This document shows, piece after piece, positions 34,610-48,034 of a DNA stretch of 64,000 nt. The DNA comes from Hormiphora californensis (lineage: Eukaryota > Animalia > Ctenophora): positions 806,001-870,000 of the forward strand of contig CM035350.1 of assembly GCA_020137815.1 (NCBI GenBank). The letters are read 5' to 3'. How positions within the stretch are numbered: position 1 is the first letter of the stretch; every line of letters starts with the position of its first letter. Below the pieces are notes generated by a model. It searched no databases. It saw nothing but the letters and a program-made list of their open reading frames with translations, and was not told the DNA's origin. A program made the position numbers and the translations under genes.

Positions 34610-37075
34610 AGAGATCCTTATTATAAGGATGTTTGCATACTACTACACAGGGAGAGGAGGGTTGTTATAACCATGGGGTGAGGGAGAGGAGAGGAGGGTT
34701 GTTAGGGGTGAGGTCTCCTATGAATCTAATATAATTCACAGTTTATCGTTTTGCTGAGCTAAATTCAAGGCAAAGCACTGCAGAGCATACTTTAGACACT
34801 TGGCAAATATTTTTCTAGACAAAGCGATAAGAATTAGAAGGATCTCTGAACTTCATACATATCACATATTCTGGACCTGTTCTGGTGTCCATTGTGTGTG
34901 TATAGAAGCGGCTGGTATAGTACCAATATTGTGCAAGGTACAAACACTAGGTACAAGGAAACAGATAACAAGTCCGGAAGTGGGAGTTTTTGCGTAAAAT
35001 CGTTGTGTGGTTTTAACACAGGAAGTTTGAAAAACTAGACACACAAAATAACAAGAACTCGAAATAGGAATTGGTGATTTCACATGGGAGAGGGTGTGTA
35101 ACAAGGGGTGATAGTAGCCGTGATGGGCTAGCAAGGGGGGGGGGGGGTAAATTTAACCGCCCCATCGTCATATCAGCAAAATGCTGCTATTTGGGGGTTC
35201 AAAATATGTGCCATTAAAGTATCACGGAATAAAAACGGAAATTCGGTCTGAGGATGCGTTCAGGAAGTCTAAGTCCCACTAAATTTTGTTCCCTCCCGGA
35301 TGCAAGAACGCTATGCAAACACAGTGTGAGCTGCTAATTAAGACCAAATTAGCAACAAAGTCAAGCTAATTACGATAATAATCACACAGGCAACCTGTCC
35401 AAAACTCAGTTTGCTGAAAAGGTGCCAAAACAATTAAAAACGATACCTTCCGCACTGTGTTTTATTATTTAGTAGCAAAACAAAAATTATGAGACAACTA
35501 ACATTCATCTGTCCAGTCATCAGTCACACCATATCATATCACAAAGATTTAATCGCAAATGATCTAATGGTACATGAATAGTGTGTCACATGAAGAATGT
35601 ATCAGCATTATCAACACTGGGTATGTTGTATGAGGACAGCAGCTTCGCCGGTTAATACATATCTGATGAAATGATGATGGGGCAGCAAGGTGTCATACAA
35701 GGTGTTCATGTGGCATCGATAGTAGACATATAACAGTAATGGAGAAGAAGGGAAAGAGGAAACATCATGTCCTGGAGTTGAGCAGCTTTCTCATGTGCAG
35801 TGACCTCCCATGCACGTGTTGTCCCCTGTCCTCTCATGCTGTCCACAGGTCCCCTGGAGTCTGCTCTGTGTCTTGGTGGCCTTTCCACGGATAGCTATTG
35901 ATTTTCAATTTTAACACCCAATGGACCGCTTAATTAATATTTGCCCCAAAGGGTGATATGATCGAATATGATGCATGGACCCACTTTTCCGAAGCATTAG
36001 TAAGGGAACAGTGAGAGGGGTAGCAGGTAAATACTTGCACACTTCTATACATTTATGGATGATTTTGGCCATGCGGAACTTCGGAAATGTTAAGACTTCA
36101 GATCTGCACCGCATGACCTGTTTCGACTAATGGCAGCTCAAAGCCTCAAAACAGCTCATGACACACGATACACGCAGCACTGGAACTGGGGTGCAGTGAT
36201 TCGTCAAAACTTGTCACGTGGTGGAGTGCTCACCTGGACAATGACATAAGCTGAAGGCCCCTTTAACCCTGTGCAGGTGCACACTACCAAAAAGAGTATA
36301 CTCAAAAATACCTAGACCGAAATTCGATGGCCCTAACCGATAACCCTAAACATTAAACAAAACCCTAACCAGACCCTAACAACAGCCCTAACCCGTCTCG
36401 ACCGCCAAAATCGATGAACTGTTAGCAATGGAAGCCGGAAGGCACCGAGATTTTAACTTTGCCCCCTCAGGAACTGAAGTAATTTTTTAAACTGCAGTCA
36501 AAGCCAAGCAATGCAACATGAGGGCGCCGTTACGATCTGGGTGTTTGGTGGCCTGTTTACACTGTAAACTTTACAGGTGCACGCTTCCAAAAAAGTTGAT
36601 TAACTGAAATATTGCACTTAAAGCGTCAATATTGTACCGAAAGCGGGCGCGAAAATATATATTATGCGCTGCAATTGCAGCGCGGCGCGGTTCAATCAGA
36701 TAAAAATTTACAATTTAAAATTAAAAAAGTGAGGTGCGTGCGCAAAAATCCAAATTCCAAAATAAAAGACTTTTTACGCGATCTTGGAATGTGCTTATTT
36801 TTTTACAGCCACTGATAACATGAGACTGTAGCGTAGGCCGATTTCAAACTTTGCTAAATGAAAGTCTTTAGGCACGTCCGGGACCAGCCACCAGGATGGA
36901 CACTCAGTGTCCGACACTGGATACCGGCCGCCCCGGCGGAGTCTAGTGATTGGCCAGTGGAACTCAGGGGCTTGGACACACGGTCAACAACGGATTTAAT
37001 TTTTCTTTCACTAGCTTGAGAAAGTTGCAGTTGTTTAATTCCCCCCTTTAATTCTCTCTATTTGTATTTTGTAGA

Positions 37076-39795
37076 ATGTCGACCCAATCATCAGCTCTGC
37101 GGGCTCTACAGAGCTGGTGTGCTCGACAATGTGCCGCCTATCCCCGGGTAACCATCACAGACTTCTCTGGGAGTTTCAGAAACGGCCTCGCATTTTGTGC
37201 AATCATACATCGCTATCATCCTGAATTAATGTAAGTTGAATTTGTTATATACCCTCGCCATTTCAAAAGGTATCGAATATGTAGATTCAACAATTATTAA
37301 ACTGATTCTTTTCAGTGATTTTTACTCGCTGGACCCTGAGTGTATGTTGGAAAACAACAGAGTAGCATTCTCTGTAGCCGAGACCTCCCTGGGTATCCCC
37401 GCTCTACTAGAACCTGAGGACATGGTTCGGGGTCCTGATAGGCTGAGTATTATCACATATCTCTCCCAATACTACCACCACTTCAAGGACAAGATACCAC
37501 ACGAGGTAGTTATATTGGGTTGCTAGGTAACAAGACTCCTTATATTGGGTTGCTAGGTAACAAGACTCCCACCCCTCCAGGAGAATAGTAGTGATGGTTC
37601 GGATGATATGTTATCAAGGCGACTCCGGGGTTCCCCTCCCCGATATAGGCTACAGGACCCTGACCGTTATGCCATGTTCAAACCAGCACCCCCTCCCCGG
37701 CCCCTCGCTGCTAAGGTAATGTTGGACACATATTATAGCGGTATGACATCTGACCACATAATATACAGAGACAGACATACATGCATGTGTGTTTAATATA
37801 AACAGAATCTAAAACCGCAGCCACACCTTGTGAAGCTTTTTTAAGCTTTGTTTCTGGCAAGTTCCCCGTTCCTTCCTAAAATGTCCCCCTCCCCTCTTTA
37901 GAAGCACGTGAGCAGTAGCTCAGTGGAGTATAGCAGTTCTCTAGATGGAGTGACACCCACTACCACCCCTACCACCTCTACCAATCTACACGAACAAACT
38001 GACAGGTACATTATAGAAGAAGAGGTAACACAACTATCACTCATTCTCCAACTATCTTTCTAGATCCCCTCCCTGTTTCTATCATTATAATATGTATATC
38101 TTTGTAAGTCCATGGCTAATTCCACCACAACTCTCTCTACAGGAGCAGCACCCAACAGTCCGGGGAATGCCTCACCAGCAGAACATACCGGACACCCCCT
38201 GCCTCGCCTCCCTCCCTCCGTCCTGGGCAACCTCCCCCTCGCCGGAAACAAAAACGTGATAGTTGGAACAATTTAGTGAGCAGTGGAGAGAGTATCGAGA
38301 GAGGGGAGGCAGTCCCCAAGACACCCCTCACTGCCATTGGCAGTAGCACGGAGTTACCTATAGCTGAGCGAGATGAGGATGAAGGGGTATTACAACAGAC
38401 AAGCTTGTCTACCATCAAACAGACAAACAGGTGAGAGGGAAAAAGAGAGAGAGAGGGAGATATTGAGAGTTAGTGAGAGTTAGTTAGTACCTTGCGTTCC
38501 TAGCTCTGTATGCTTCGCGGCCTCCCCACTGCTGCAGCATGCGTCACATATACACATAATGTAATGTGAGAGAGAGAGGAGAGAGGGTATTTTAGAACAT
38601 GTGCTATTGTCTGTTGAGGGTATTTTAGAAACATACACGTTGCACCATTTGCAGTGTAAACTGTAATGCTTTTATATGCCTTCCTGGCGCAGATATATGT
38701 CCCAATTTATTTCTCTCTCTTTCTCTCTCTCTTTCTCTCTTTATCTCTGTCTCACTCTCTCTCTCTCTCTCCCTCTCTCTCCCTCTCTCTCCCCCTCTTT
38801 CTCTTTCCCTCTCTCATTTATCTTTAGAATTTATTTCTACACATCTTTATTAGGCTCAATTTATATTGAATTTTATTTCTCTTTCCTTCGTTGAAGTGAG
38901 TTCTCCCTACAATAACAACAAAAAGAATTGGGATTATTTCCTAATTCTTTTTGATCTAGAATCTTCTCGTCCCTTGGAATATCACAATAATGTTCTAGTC
39001 TCAATACTATATGCTACATCCCTCTATATAATCCCAATCTCCATCCCCTAACCCCCCTCCTCCCACCCCGCAGTAATGGGTTCAGTGGCGGGGTCCAACA
39101 TCGGGTGGACGAGGAACCTCAGCAGCGAGACTTGGTCCTCATGAACCCCATCACCCAACCACCTCCTGTATCGCGACCAGAGAGGTAGGCACCTTGTTGT
39201 CATTACCAAATTGGGATTTAATGTGTGATGGGGAGTTTCAGTGTGTGACGTGTGTACGTGATCAGTGATTTCGGTGCATGATGCCCCCTCAAATATTATC
39301 CGTTATTTCAAGGCCTATAAAACAGGCCCATATCAAATCGTAAATCGATGTTACATTGATTGATCTTAGAAGGAACTGAAATCAATCCATTTTCTCTCTC
39401 TCTCTCTCCCGAATATGTTGCATTGTAGGGGGGTGTGATATTATTGTGTCGCGTGAGAACCTGCAGGGAGATTGTTGGTTTGTGTGTAATAAGCTGTATT
39501 AGATATAATCACAGATTTATACACCCACTTGGCGTGTGTGTATGTGTTTTAGTTGTGGTACGAGCGAAGGAAGTAGTGCCAACCTATCGATGACTTGAGA
39601 AAAAGAGAAATAGAGAGATAGAGAGAGAGTGAGATAGTGAGAGAAAGAATGAGAGTGAGAGAGAGAGAGAGAGAGAGAGCTGAGAGAGAGAGAGAAAGAG
39701 AGAGAGAGTGAGAGAGAGATAGTGAGAGAAAGAGTGAAGGTGAGAGAGAGAGAGAGAGGAGAGAGAGAGATAAGAGAGAAAGGAAGAGAGAGAGA

Positions 39796-39836
<41 letters not shown>

Positions 39837-42800
39837 GTAAGAGGAGATAGAGATAGAGAGATAGAGAAGCAGAGAAGAGAGAGAGAGAGAGGATAGTAAA
39901 GAATGACCAGGTGAAATTTTTGAGACAAACATTGGTCAAGAAGGCTCATACAAACAAACTGACAGCAGCTCCAATACACGTGTATTAAATTGTATGAGAG
40001 AGAAGAAGGTGGTTAGTAATTGGTTTCACACAGCTGTAGTACACACTAGAGCTGCTGCACTGTACAACTACTCAAGGGAGACACGCCGACTCTAGCTTCT
40101 CTCTTTTGGTCGTTTGATGTTTCTCCCTCCCCCTCTCCGTCCATCTCTCATCTCTCTTCTCTCTCTCTCTGTGATCATGATTTGTACAGCTAAACAATCA
40201 TCTTACACTCGCCGGGAGAGCTTTAAGGGTACACCTGGCGTTTTTCATCATCGAGTGCCCAACCAAATGACTTCACCAGGGTTTAGGTCATACAAAATGG
40301 ACCTCAAAATGCAATTTTAGCCCTAAAAGTCGATTTCATATTTTTGCTACAGGGGGCTATTTTTCAAAGTGGCGTTTTTTCAATTTTTGTTGTAATTTTT
40401 AACCTTCAGGACCACTTTTTTTTGAGATAGAAACATTAAATTCTGGAATTTGAAGAGATATAAAGGTAATAAGGTCCCCAAAGAAGATTTTTGAATGGGA
40501 GCTTTTCTGGCATGAGAAGGGTTTACTTTTTTGCTTCTTTGACACGCTGGCTGAGAATGTTCCCATGCTTCATTAGAGATGAAAATCTGGAAATAGTTGC
40601 TCAAAACGATTATCTATGGGGCCCAAAAATTTTGGAACTTTCCCGCCAAAGATTTGGTGTACAGAGCTTGTTTTGTGAAACCCGTCTTTTTGAAAAAGAG
40701 CGGAAATTCCCTGTATCTCAAAACGGATGATCGTAGAGACCTGGGACCAAACTTATCGATTCAAAGGTCCGATTTTGGGGGGGGTCTTCTGGAGAGACAT
40801 TTTGTCCTACTCCAACCGTTTTTGCTGTAAAGTTGCAAAACCAATTCTATGAAAAAGGGGGAACAACCTATTCCAGTAGCCCTGCTTCGGGCTGATTTTT
40901 CCCCTTACTTGCTGATACGTTTGTCGCATTACAGCAAAACTGTTGGGAGGAGGACAAATGTCTCTCAGAAGACCCCCCCAAATCGACCTTCTAAAAGAAT
41001 CGATTAAGCTTGGTCCCAGTCTCTACCGATCATCCGTTTTGGAGATACAGGAATTCCTCTCTTTTTCAAAAAGACGGGTTTCACAAAACAAGCCTCTGTA
41101 CACCACATCTTTGGCGGGAAAGTTTCCAAAATTTTTGGGCACATAGATAATCGTTTTGAGCAACTATTTCCAGATTTTCATCTCTAATGAAGCATGGGAA
41201 CATTCTCAGCCAGCGTGTCAAAGAAGCAAAAAAGTAAACCGTTCTCATGGCCAGAAATAAGCTCCATTTCAAAAATCCTTCTTTGGGCTTATTCACCTTT
41301 ATATTCTCTTCAAATTCCAAGAATTTAATGTTCTATCTCAAAAAAAGTGGTCCTGAGGTTAAAAATTTCAACAAAATTGAAAAAAACGCCACTTTGAAAA
41401 TAGGCTGTAGCAAAATATGAATTCGACTTTAGGGCTAAAATTGCATATTTGAGGTCCATTTTGTATGGCCTAAACCCTGTGAAGTCATTTGGTTGGGCAC
41501 TCGATGATGAAAAACGCAGGTGTACCTTAATAGTTCCCTATTTTTCTTCTTCCATCTCCCATTCTCTGCTCTCGTTTGATCTCTCTTCTCTCTCTCTCGT
41601 CCTTCTCGCTCCCTCCTCGATCACATCTTCTCTCTTCTCAATCATCTCATCTCTCTCTCTCATCTCTCATCTCTCTCTCTCTCTCACATCTCTCTCTTTC
41701 TCTCGTTCTCTCTCCTCTCTCTCTCTCTGGGGGTGTGTCCGGGGTGTGTGCGGGGGGGGGGGTGCGGGGGGGTGTCTGGGGGGGTGGGTCGTCTCTCTCC
41801 ATCTCTCTCTCTCAACTCTAATTTCTTCTCCTACTGATCAGTGTAATTTACTGAATGACAAACTATTGATTCAGTGGCTACTGGCTATACTTTCCAATTT
41901 CAACTACTATTTCTTTTAACTGACACACACTTGACACACATCAAAACCACTCTCTCTTCCTACCATTGTACATGACGTCACATTGTTCATGACGTCACCA
42001 CACATTACGTCACATTACTCAGGAGTGGTGGTGGACCAATTGATCTGCTGCTACGTTTATCAAACCTGTCAGCCAGTGATCACCTAGTTCGGCGTCGGTC
42101 TAAAAAGAGGTAGCGACAGCTCATCACCTGTAGAGCGCTGTAGTTGTACTGTACATTATAATAGCTCTGCTGAGATCCACCATGTAGAACTGTAGCAGCT
42201 GTTAGAAGCCCCTTTTAGTGTGTGTGTTACCCTGCTGCTGTATTATAGTGCTGTGTTTCCTGCTGTGTGTGTTACACTGTGTGACGTCATAGCGTGATGA
42301 CGTCACTCATTGCATAATATTCAGGAGGAGAGATAATGGTCAGAAGGATCAACAGCAGCGCCTCTCACCCTCGACCCCCTCAACTCCCAAAGAGGGCCCT
42401 AGGAAGGGTGATGGAGGGGTGAACAAGATTTATACAGAGCAAGATGTGGCCAAGATAATGACACGAGCATACGATCCAGGTAAGAAAGGGAGAGAGAGAG
42501 AGAGAGAGAGAGAGGGGGACCAGACAAGAGTTTAGTCAGTAATCCTGGCATGCACATTTCCTAACACTCTAACACTCTCTCCCCCTCTAGATGGTGGAAG
42601 TAGTAAGGGGACAGTGTGTTACATCTGTGGGTCCCACGTGTACCTATTGGAGAGGACAGTAGCACGTCAGAGACTATTCCACAGGCAGTGTTTTGTGTGT
42701 AATGGGTGTGGAACTAAGCTGGTTCTGGGGATGTACGAAGTGTATGATGCGGATCAGATGTTCTACTGTAAATCCTGCTTCAAGTTAGTACACAGGGGGA

Positions 42801-43774
42801 GGGAGGGGGAATGAGAGGGAGGCCGGGGGGGGGGGGGTTCTGCTTCAAGTTAGTAGGGAGTGAAGTAGAGGGGGGGAGTCATACTACTACTGTCAGTAAT
42901 GATATGATATTATTGCTTCTTTACACTGAGTACTCTTGTTAATTATAGCCCCCCCTCGTTATCGTGTAACCTCTGTATCACCTTCTCTCCCCACCTACTC
43001 AGCACACGAATTTGTTATGCCAAATACCTCTCATACACACACACTGTTATAGTTGTAAGTGGTATAATACCAAACCAATATCAGCCCTTTTATATAATAT
43101 CCCACACTCAAATCTCAGGAAGATCAAGTTGAGGGAGGGGTGTAGGTCAGATGAGTATAGGGAGGCCCTTGGTTGCCCCGTTACCGACCCTGAGGAGCTA
43201 TGGTCCCTACCTGCTGCTGCACAAACTGTCACCACCACCTCTGAGGACAGCACTCGGTAAGAACAGGGCCGATATTGGGGTATTATATTGGTTTGGAATT
43301 TAAAATACTTGGGAAACTCAGGAAGTTGCCAGGGGTTACGTGAATCACGGGGGATATATGTTTAACATATCTTTTGGGTCTGTGACGTAGGCAACAATTT
43401 ATACGTTCTTCGTCTTTCCCTCTGCTCATCTCCCTCTCTCGGTCTTTCCTCTCTCTCTCTCTTCCCTCTCTTCTCCCTCTCCTCCGTCTTCTTTCTTCCC
43501 TCTGTCGCTATTCAAGTTCTCCCTTCCTTCCTCCTATCTTTTTCTATGATTTCTTCTGTTCATACTGTAATTGTAGAAGACTCAATACAGCAAATAACTA
43601 ACCCCCATCCATTAGACATGTTATACCCCGCAGGTCCCTGTCCCCACTGGACGAGGAGGAAGGGAGGGTGAGATTTGATATAGAGGAAGAGGAAGAGGAT
43701 TACAGTACAAACGATGATGAGGAGGGATATGAGGGGAGAAGGAGGGCTCCCTATGGGTCAACCAGTGAGGAGGA

Positions 43775-43840
<66 letters not shown>

Positions 43841-44037
43841 GGAGAGAGGTAGAGAGGGCGAGAGAGATAGAGGGAAGAGAGAGAGAGAGAGAATACAGAG
43901 AGAGTGGGAGCGAGGAGAGATGCATAGAGAGAGAGAGAGAGAGAGGGGAGAGAGAGAGAGAAGAAGAAGAGATGAGAGAGAGAGAGGAGAGAGAAGAGAG
44001 AGAGAGAGGCGAGAGAGAAGAGAGAGAAGAGAGAAGG

Positions 44038-44088
<51 letters not shown>

Positions 44089-47000
44089 GAGAGAGAGAGA
44101 TAGAAGAGAGACGAGATGAGAGAGAGAGAGAGCGTAGATAGAGAGAGAAGAGAAAGAGAGAGGGGGTAGTTGTCCAAAAAGAACCTGCCACCACCTCCAA
44201 TCGGTTTCCCCCGGGCAACGGGGTCACACGGAGTACCTTTTTCCCCATCCCCTTTTCCCCCTGTTCGATTCCCAGGTCCGTGTGGCCGCGGCTGAGCGTG
44301 GCTGTGTATCAGAAATACGGAAAAAAAATCATAAAATACAAAATACAAAAACATCTTGGCAAGGCTAGGTGGCCCACAGTGTATCATCGCCAACTACTAT
44401 GTTCCTACCCCGCCTTCTCCGGCTCAGGGTTACCAGTGGAACAGGCATCTTCCAGCCAACTGTGGACCCCCAACGCCCCTTTATCCACTAACCCGCTAAC
44501 CAATACTGTTTTTGTTCTACTGGCCCCCCTAACCCACTTCTTCCATTTTTGATAGGGTTCTACATCGGAGATGATTCTTTGGAACGGGGTGGCTGTCCTC
44601 TCTGGAGCGGGGTCAGCTGCCCTTACTGGAACGGGGTCAGCTGTCCTCTCTGGAGCGGGGTGACTGTCCTCTCTGGAGCGGGGTCAGCTGTCTTTACTGG
44701 AACGGGGTCAGCTGTCCTTACTGGATCGGGGTCAGCTGTCTTCTCTGGAGCGGGGTCAGCTGTCCTTACTGGAGCGGGGTGGCTGTCTTCTCTGGAACGG
44801 GGTCAGCTGTCCTTACTGGAACGGGGTCAGCTGTCTTTACTGGAGCGGGGTCAGCTGTCCTTACTGGAACGGGGTCAGCTGTCTTCTCTGGAGCGGGGTG
44901 GCTGTCTTCTCTGGAACGGGGTCAGCTGGCTTCTCTGGAACGGGGTCAGCTGGCTTTTCTGGAACGGGGTCAGCTGTCCTTACTGGAACGGGGTCAGCTG
45001 TCCTCTCTGGAGCTGGGTGGCTGTCCGCTCTGGAGCGGGGTCAGCTGTCTTTACTGGAACGGGGTCAGCTGTCCTTACTGGAGCGGGGTCAGCTGTCTCC
45101 TCTGGAACGGGGTGGCTGTCTTCTCTGGAACGGGGTCAGCTGTCCTTACTGGAACGCGGTCAGCTGTCTTTACTGGAACGGGGTCAGCTGTCCTTACTGG
45201 AGCGGGGTCAGCTGTCTTCTCTGGAACGGGGTCAGCTGGCTTTTCTGGAACGGGGTCAGCTGGCTTCTCTGGAACGGGGTCAGCTGGCTTCTCTGGAACG
45301 GGGTCGGCTGTCTTCTCTGGAACGGGGTCAGCTGGCTTCTCTGGAACGGGCTGGCTGTCCTCTCTGGCTCGACATGTAATCATCATCCATTTGTATTAAT
45401 TTATTATTTTTTTCGCTCGAACCCGTTCCTGCTTGTTTTAGGCTGCCTTAGATTCAGACGGTTTGCTTCTTCAGTTCCTGATAAGTTGTCTCTTCTTAGA
45501 ATTCATTGTAGCAGATTGGGCTTCTTTGCAGATAGTTTAGGAGGTCTTGTGCTCCGTCACCATGAGCTTTAATCCCACTTTACTTCCCCCTTTTTAATAT
45601 CATCCCCTTTACTTAACCCATATGTACATTGTTAAATTTACCCGTATGTACATTGTTCTACCTACCCTACCTTTACTCCGCAGGCCCTCCGGGCCCTCAG
45701 ATCCAACAGGATCCGGGTCCGGGGGATTTAACCCTGCTCTCGCATGGGGCCTCACGGCCCCATGTGGGAGTGGTGCGTGTAGTGGACCGAGAGAGAGAGA
45801 GAGAGAGAGAGAGTAGTTTATGTAACTAGATCCAGGTGTCGCTGCTCTAGAATTGAGTTCAGTGAGGCAACACAGCGTCATTAGCTCCAGGCAACCACAT
45901 TCCTAACAACATACTGCTACATGTAACAACATATTGTATAGTAACTCCCTCCTTCTTTCAGATTCCCGACCCCGGTCCTTGTCATGTGGGGCGTCTGATC
46001 CAGCCTACCAAACCCTTGAGCTGGATAGTACCCAGAGGAAACGACGCTCTCTTCTATCAATGAAAGACATCAAATTCTTCTCTCCCATCCTAAAGAGAAG
46101 TTAGTCTCGCTAATTACACACACATAATTGTCCGTCTGTTTGTATATCTCTCTCCGTTTTAAACTACTCCCCTCCTCACCAGGCAAGAGGAATGTAAACG
46201 ACTACAATTCCATACAAGATATTGACAAGGTAATTACTGCATGTAATTATACCTCATCGGCTAACAGACGCCACAAAATCAGATTCAAATGTTGTCAGAT
46301 ATAACACACCTGCTAGATCTCCCCATCCGTCACAACACAGCGACACCTCTCTTTCTCTCAGGCGCTCAAAGAGGAGGAGGAGATCATGAAACAGAAGCGT
46401 GAACAGTACGAGGAGGAATTGAAAGAGAATGAACACCAGCAACACCAAATGGAGTTGTGTGGACAGGGTTTAGAAATGAAACTCAGGGAGCAAGGTATGT
46501 AGCGCGCGGTGTCATTACAGTAGTCCACCCCGCGCAACACTCAATCCAACTTATCCGATCTGTGTGTGTGTGTGTGTGTGAGTCTCGTCTCATTCTCAGC
46601 TCTGCAGTATCACAATTCACACACCCCATGATATGGGCTACACAGTACACACCCACCCCACGATTCACCCTCCTTTATATCCCATCATTCTCAGAGAGTG
46701 GTCACGGGTTTGATGAAGATGAACTGTTTAACTGGTTCGAGTTGGTGAACCGGAAAAACAAGTTAAGTCACGTTGAGAGTGTCCTGGTACTATCTATTAA
46801 AGGTATAGACATCAACCTTCAACAGAAAGCTCTGGAGAGACAGCTGAGAGATCTCCACAATGTTAGGAAGAAATACAAGGGCCGATACATCAGGTATGTT
46901 GGGGGTTTAGTAGTTTTAGTTTTTTAGAATACACCCTTTGTCGATGATGTGCAACTACCCCTCCATGACAACTAACTCGACTCCCCCCCCCCCCATGTTT

Positions 47001-47190
47001 CTATGACAACTAACCCCCCCCCACCCCCCCATTCAGGAGTAAGGAACAGGAGCTCATGGGTAAACTATTACAACTAGTAGAGGAGAGGGACCACCTTATA
47101 AACATGGAGGAGACTCAGCGTCTCAGTGCTGTTGAGATGGACAAACAATTCCAGGATGTGATGATTGCCACTGCTTCAATCGGCATGTGA
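37076..47190 (+). CDS. MICALL: MICAL-like protein (calponin-homology, LIM and bMERB/Rab-binding coiled coil; no monooxygenase domain)
   Basis: Exons 37076-37230 and 37316-37505 encode the CH domain ([85 protein letters not shown]). LIM at 42591-42784 ([30 protein letters not shown]). bMERB at 46695-46892 and 47037-47190 ([37 protein letters not shown]). Intervening Pro/Ser-rich exons are approximate. Confidence 0.9.
40227..41526. mobile_element. Non-autonomous foldback DNA transposon, Kolobok-like (TTAA TSD, GG..CC termini)
   Basis: TTAA(40223-26) GGGTACACCTGGCGTTTTTCATCATCGAGTGCCC ... GGGCACTCGATGATGAAAAACGCAGGTGTACC TTAA(41527-30). Inverted arms of about 600 bp surround a spacer of about 100 bp. 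It sits in a MICAL-like intron. Confidence 0.8.
43782..44162. repeat. Degenerate (GA)n tract
   Basis: ER-repeat ORF artefact. Confidence 0.85.
44580..45367. repeat. 22/24-bp GC-rich minisatellite (CTGGAACGGGGTCAGCTGTCCTTA)n
   Basis: About 33 variant units in a MICAL-like intron. It produces stop-poor ORFs in several frames. Confidence 0.9.
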
Positions 47191-48034
47191 TGTCTTCAAA
47201 CTGGACAATAACTATGCGGGGTGTATGTGTGTATGTGTTTCTGTGTGTTTTTTGGGGAGAACACTGTTTTGTATTTTGTAAGGACGCTTGGAATTTCCAT
47301 GTTTAAGAATTCAAGCTTAGGGCTATAAATTGCTAGGAGATTGGTCCAAAACTTGAGTAAATATAGGGTGTGTGTGTGTAGAGTTTTGTAATTAAAATTA
47401 CACGCCTGTAAATATAAGATATATTCATCTCTCTACCACTTGATGAGTTCTTTGCCCTTGAGACAGTGTGTGCAATTACCTGCTGTGGAGAGACTAAAAG
47501 GGTAGTTTGACGTTTGAAAAGCTCAAGCAACCAATGCTGTTTGTATTTTGTGTGTGTTTGTTTGTGTGTGACGTGTGTATGCTTTTCAATATGTGAGTTT
47601 CTACTAAAAGGGAATTCTGGTTCGTTGGGCGCTGATCTATAATGTGTGTTGATAACAATATTTTCGCTTCTTGAAAATGAATTCTGTATCATATTTATTC
47701 TCTCTTTTCATGAGATTTCAAAAAGATAGATTTGTTTAGTTTTGCTCCTTAGAACTACAAATGATGGTGTATGACAGGTGAAGTTCAGCCTTGGAACTTG
47801 AAGTCCCCCCTGAGTAGATTCAGTACAAGCTGTATCACAAAATAGGGAATAATATTGGGTCACATTACAGTATGTCACACACAACTCCAACAAATAACAA
47901 GGTGCACTGTCAATATAATGTCAGTTCAATACTTCAACAATCAACATCAAATGTTGACCATACATCCGTCCAAATTGATGCAGCAGCCCCGTGCATTGTA
48001 TCGTTGTCATAACATGGCCACTATGTTTGTGTGC

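Noticed and set aside
36330-36395. Interstitial telomere
   Set aside because: Only a few degenerate CCCTAA units. More likely an internal tract of a small repeat element.
39600-41900. Biological duplication flanking the foldback (similar stretches at about 39905 and about 41835)
   Set aside because: The garbled, indel-rich similarity within degenerate GA/CT tracts suggests poor consensus quality rather than real structure.
43668-45572. ER-repeat and LERGQLS/GTGSAV repeat ORFs as proteins
   Set aside because: They derive from a (GA)n tract and a minisatellite with frame-shifting unit lengths. Only about 43633-43779 is a plausible MICAL-like exon.
37076-47190. Full MICAL monooxygenase or EHBP1
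   Set aside because: No FAD-binding or NT-C2 exons lie upstream, and the CH domain starts at the ATG.
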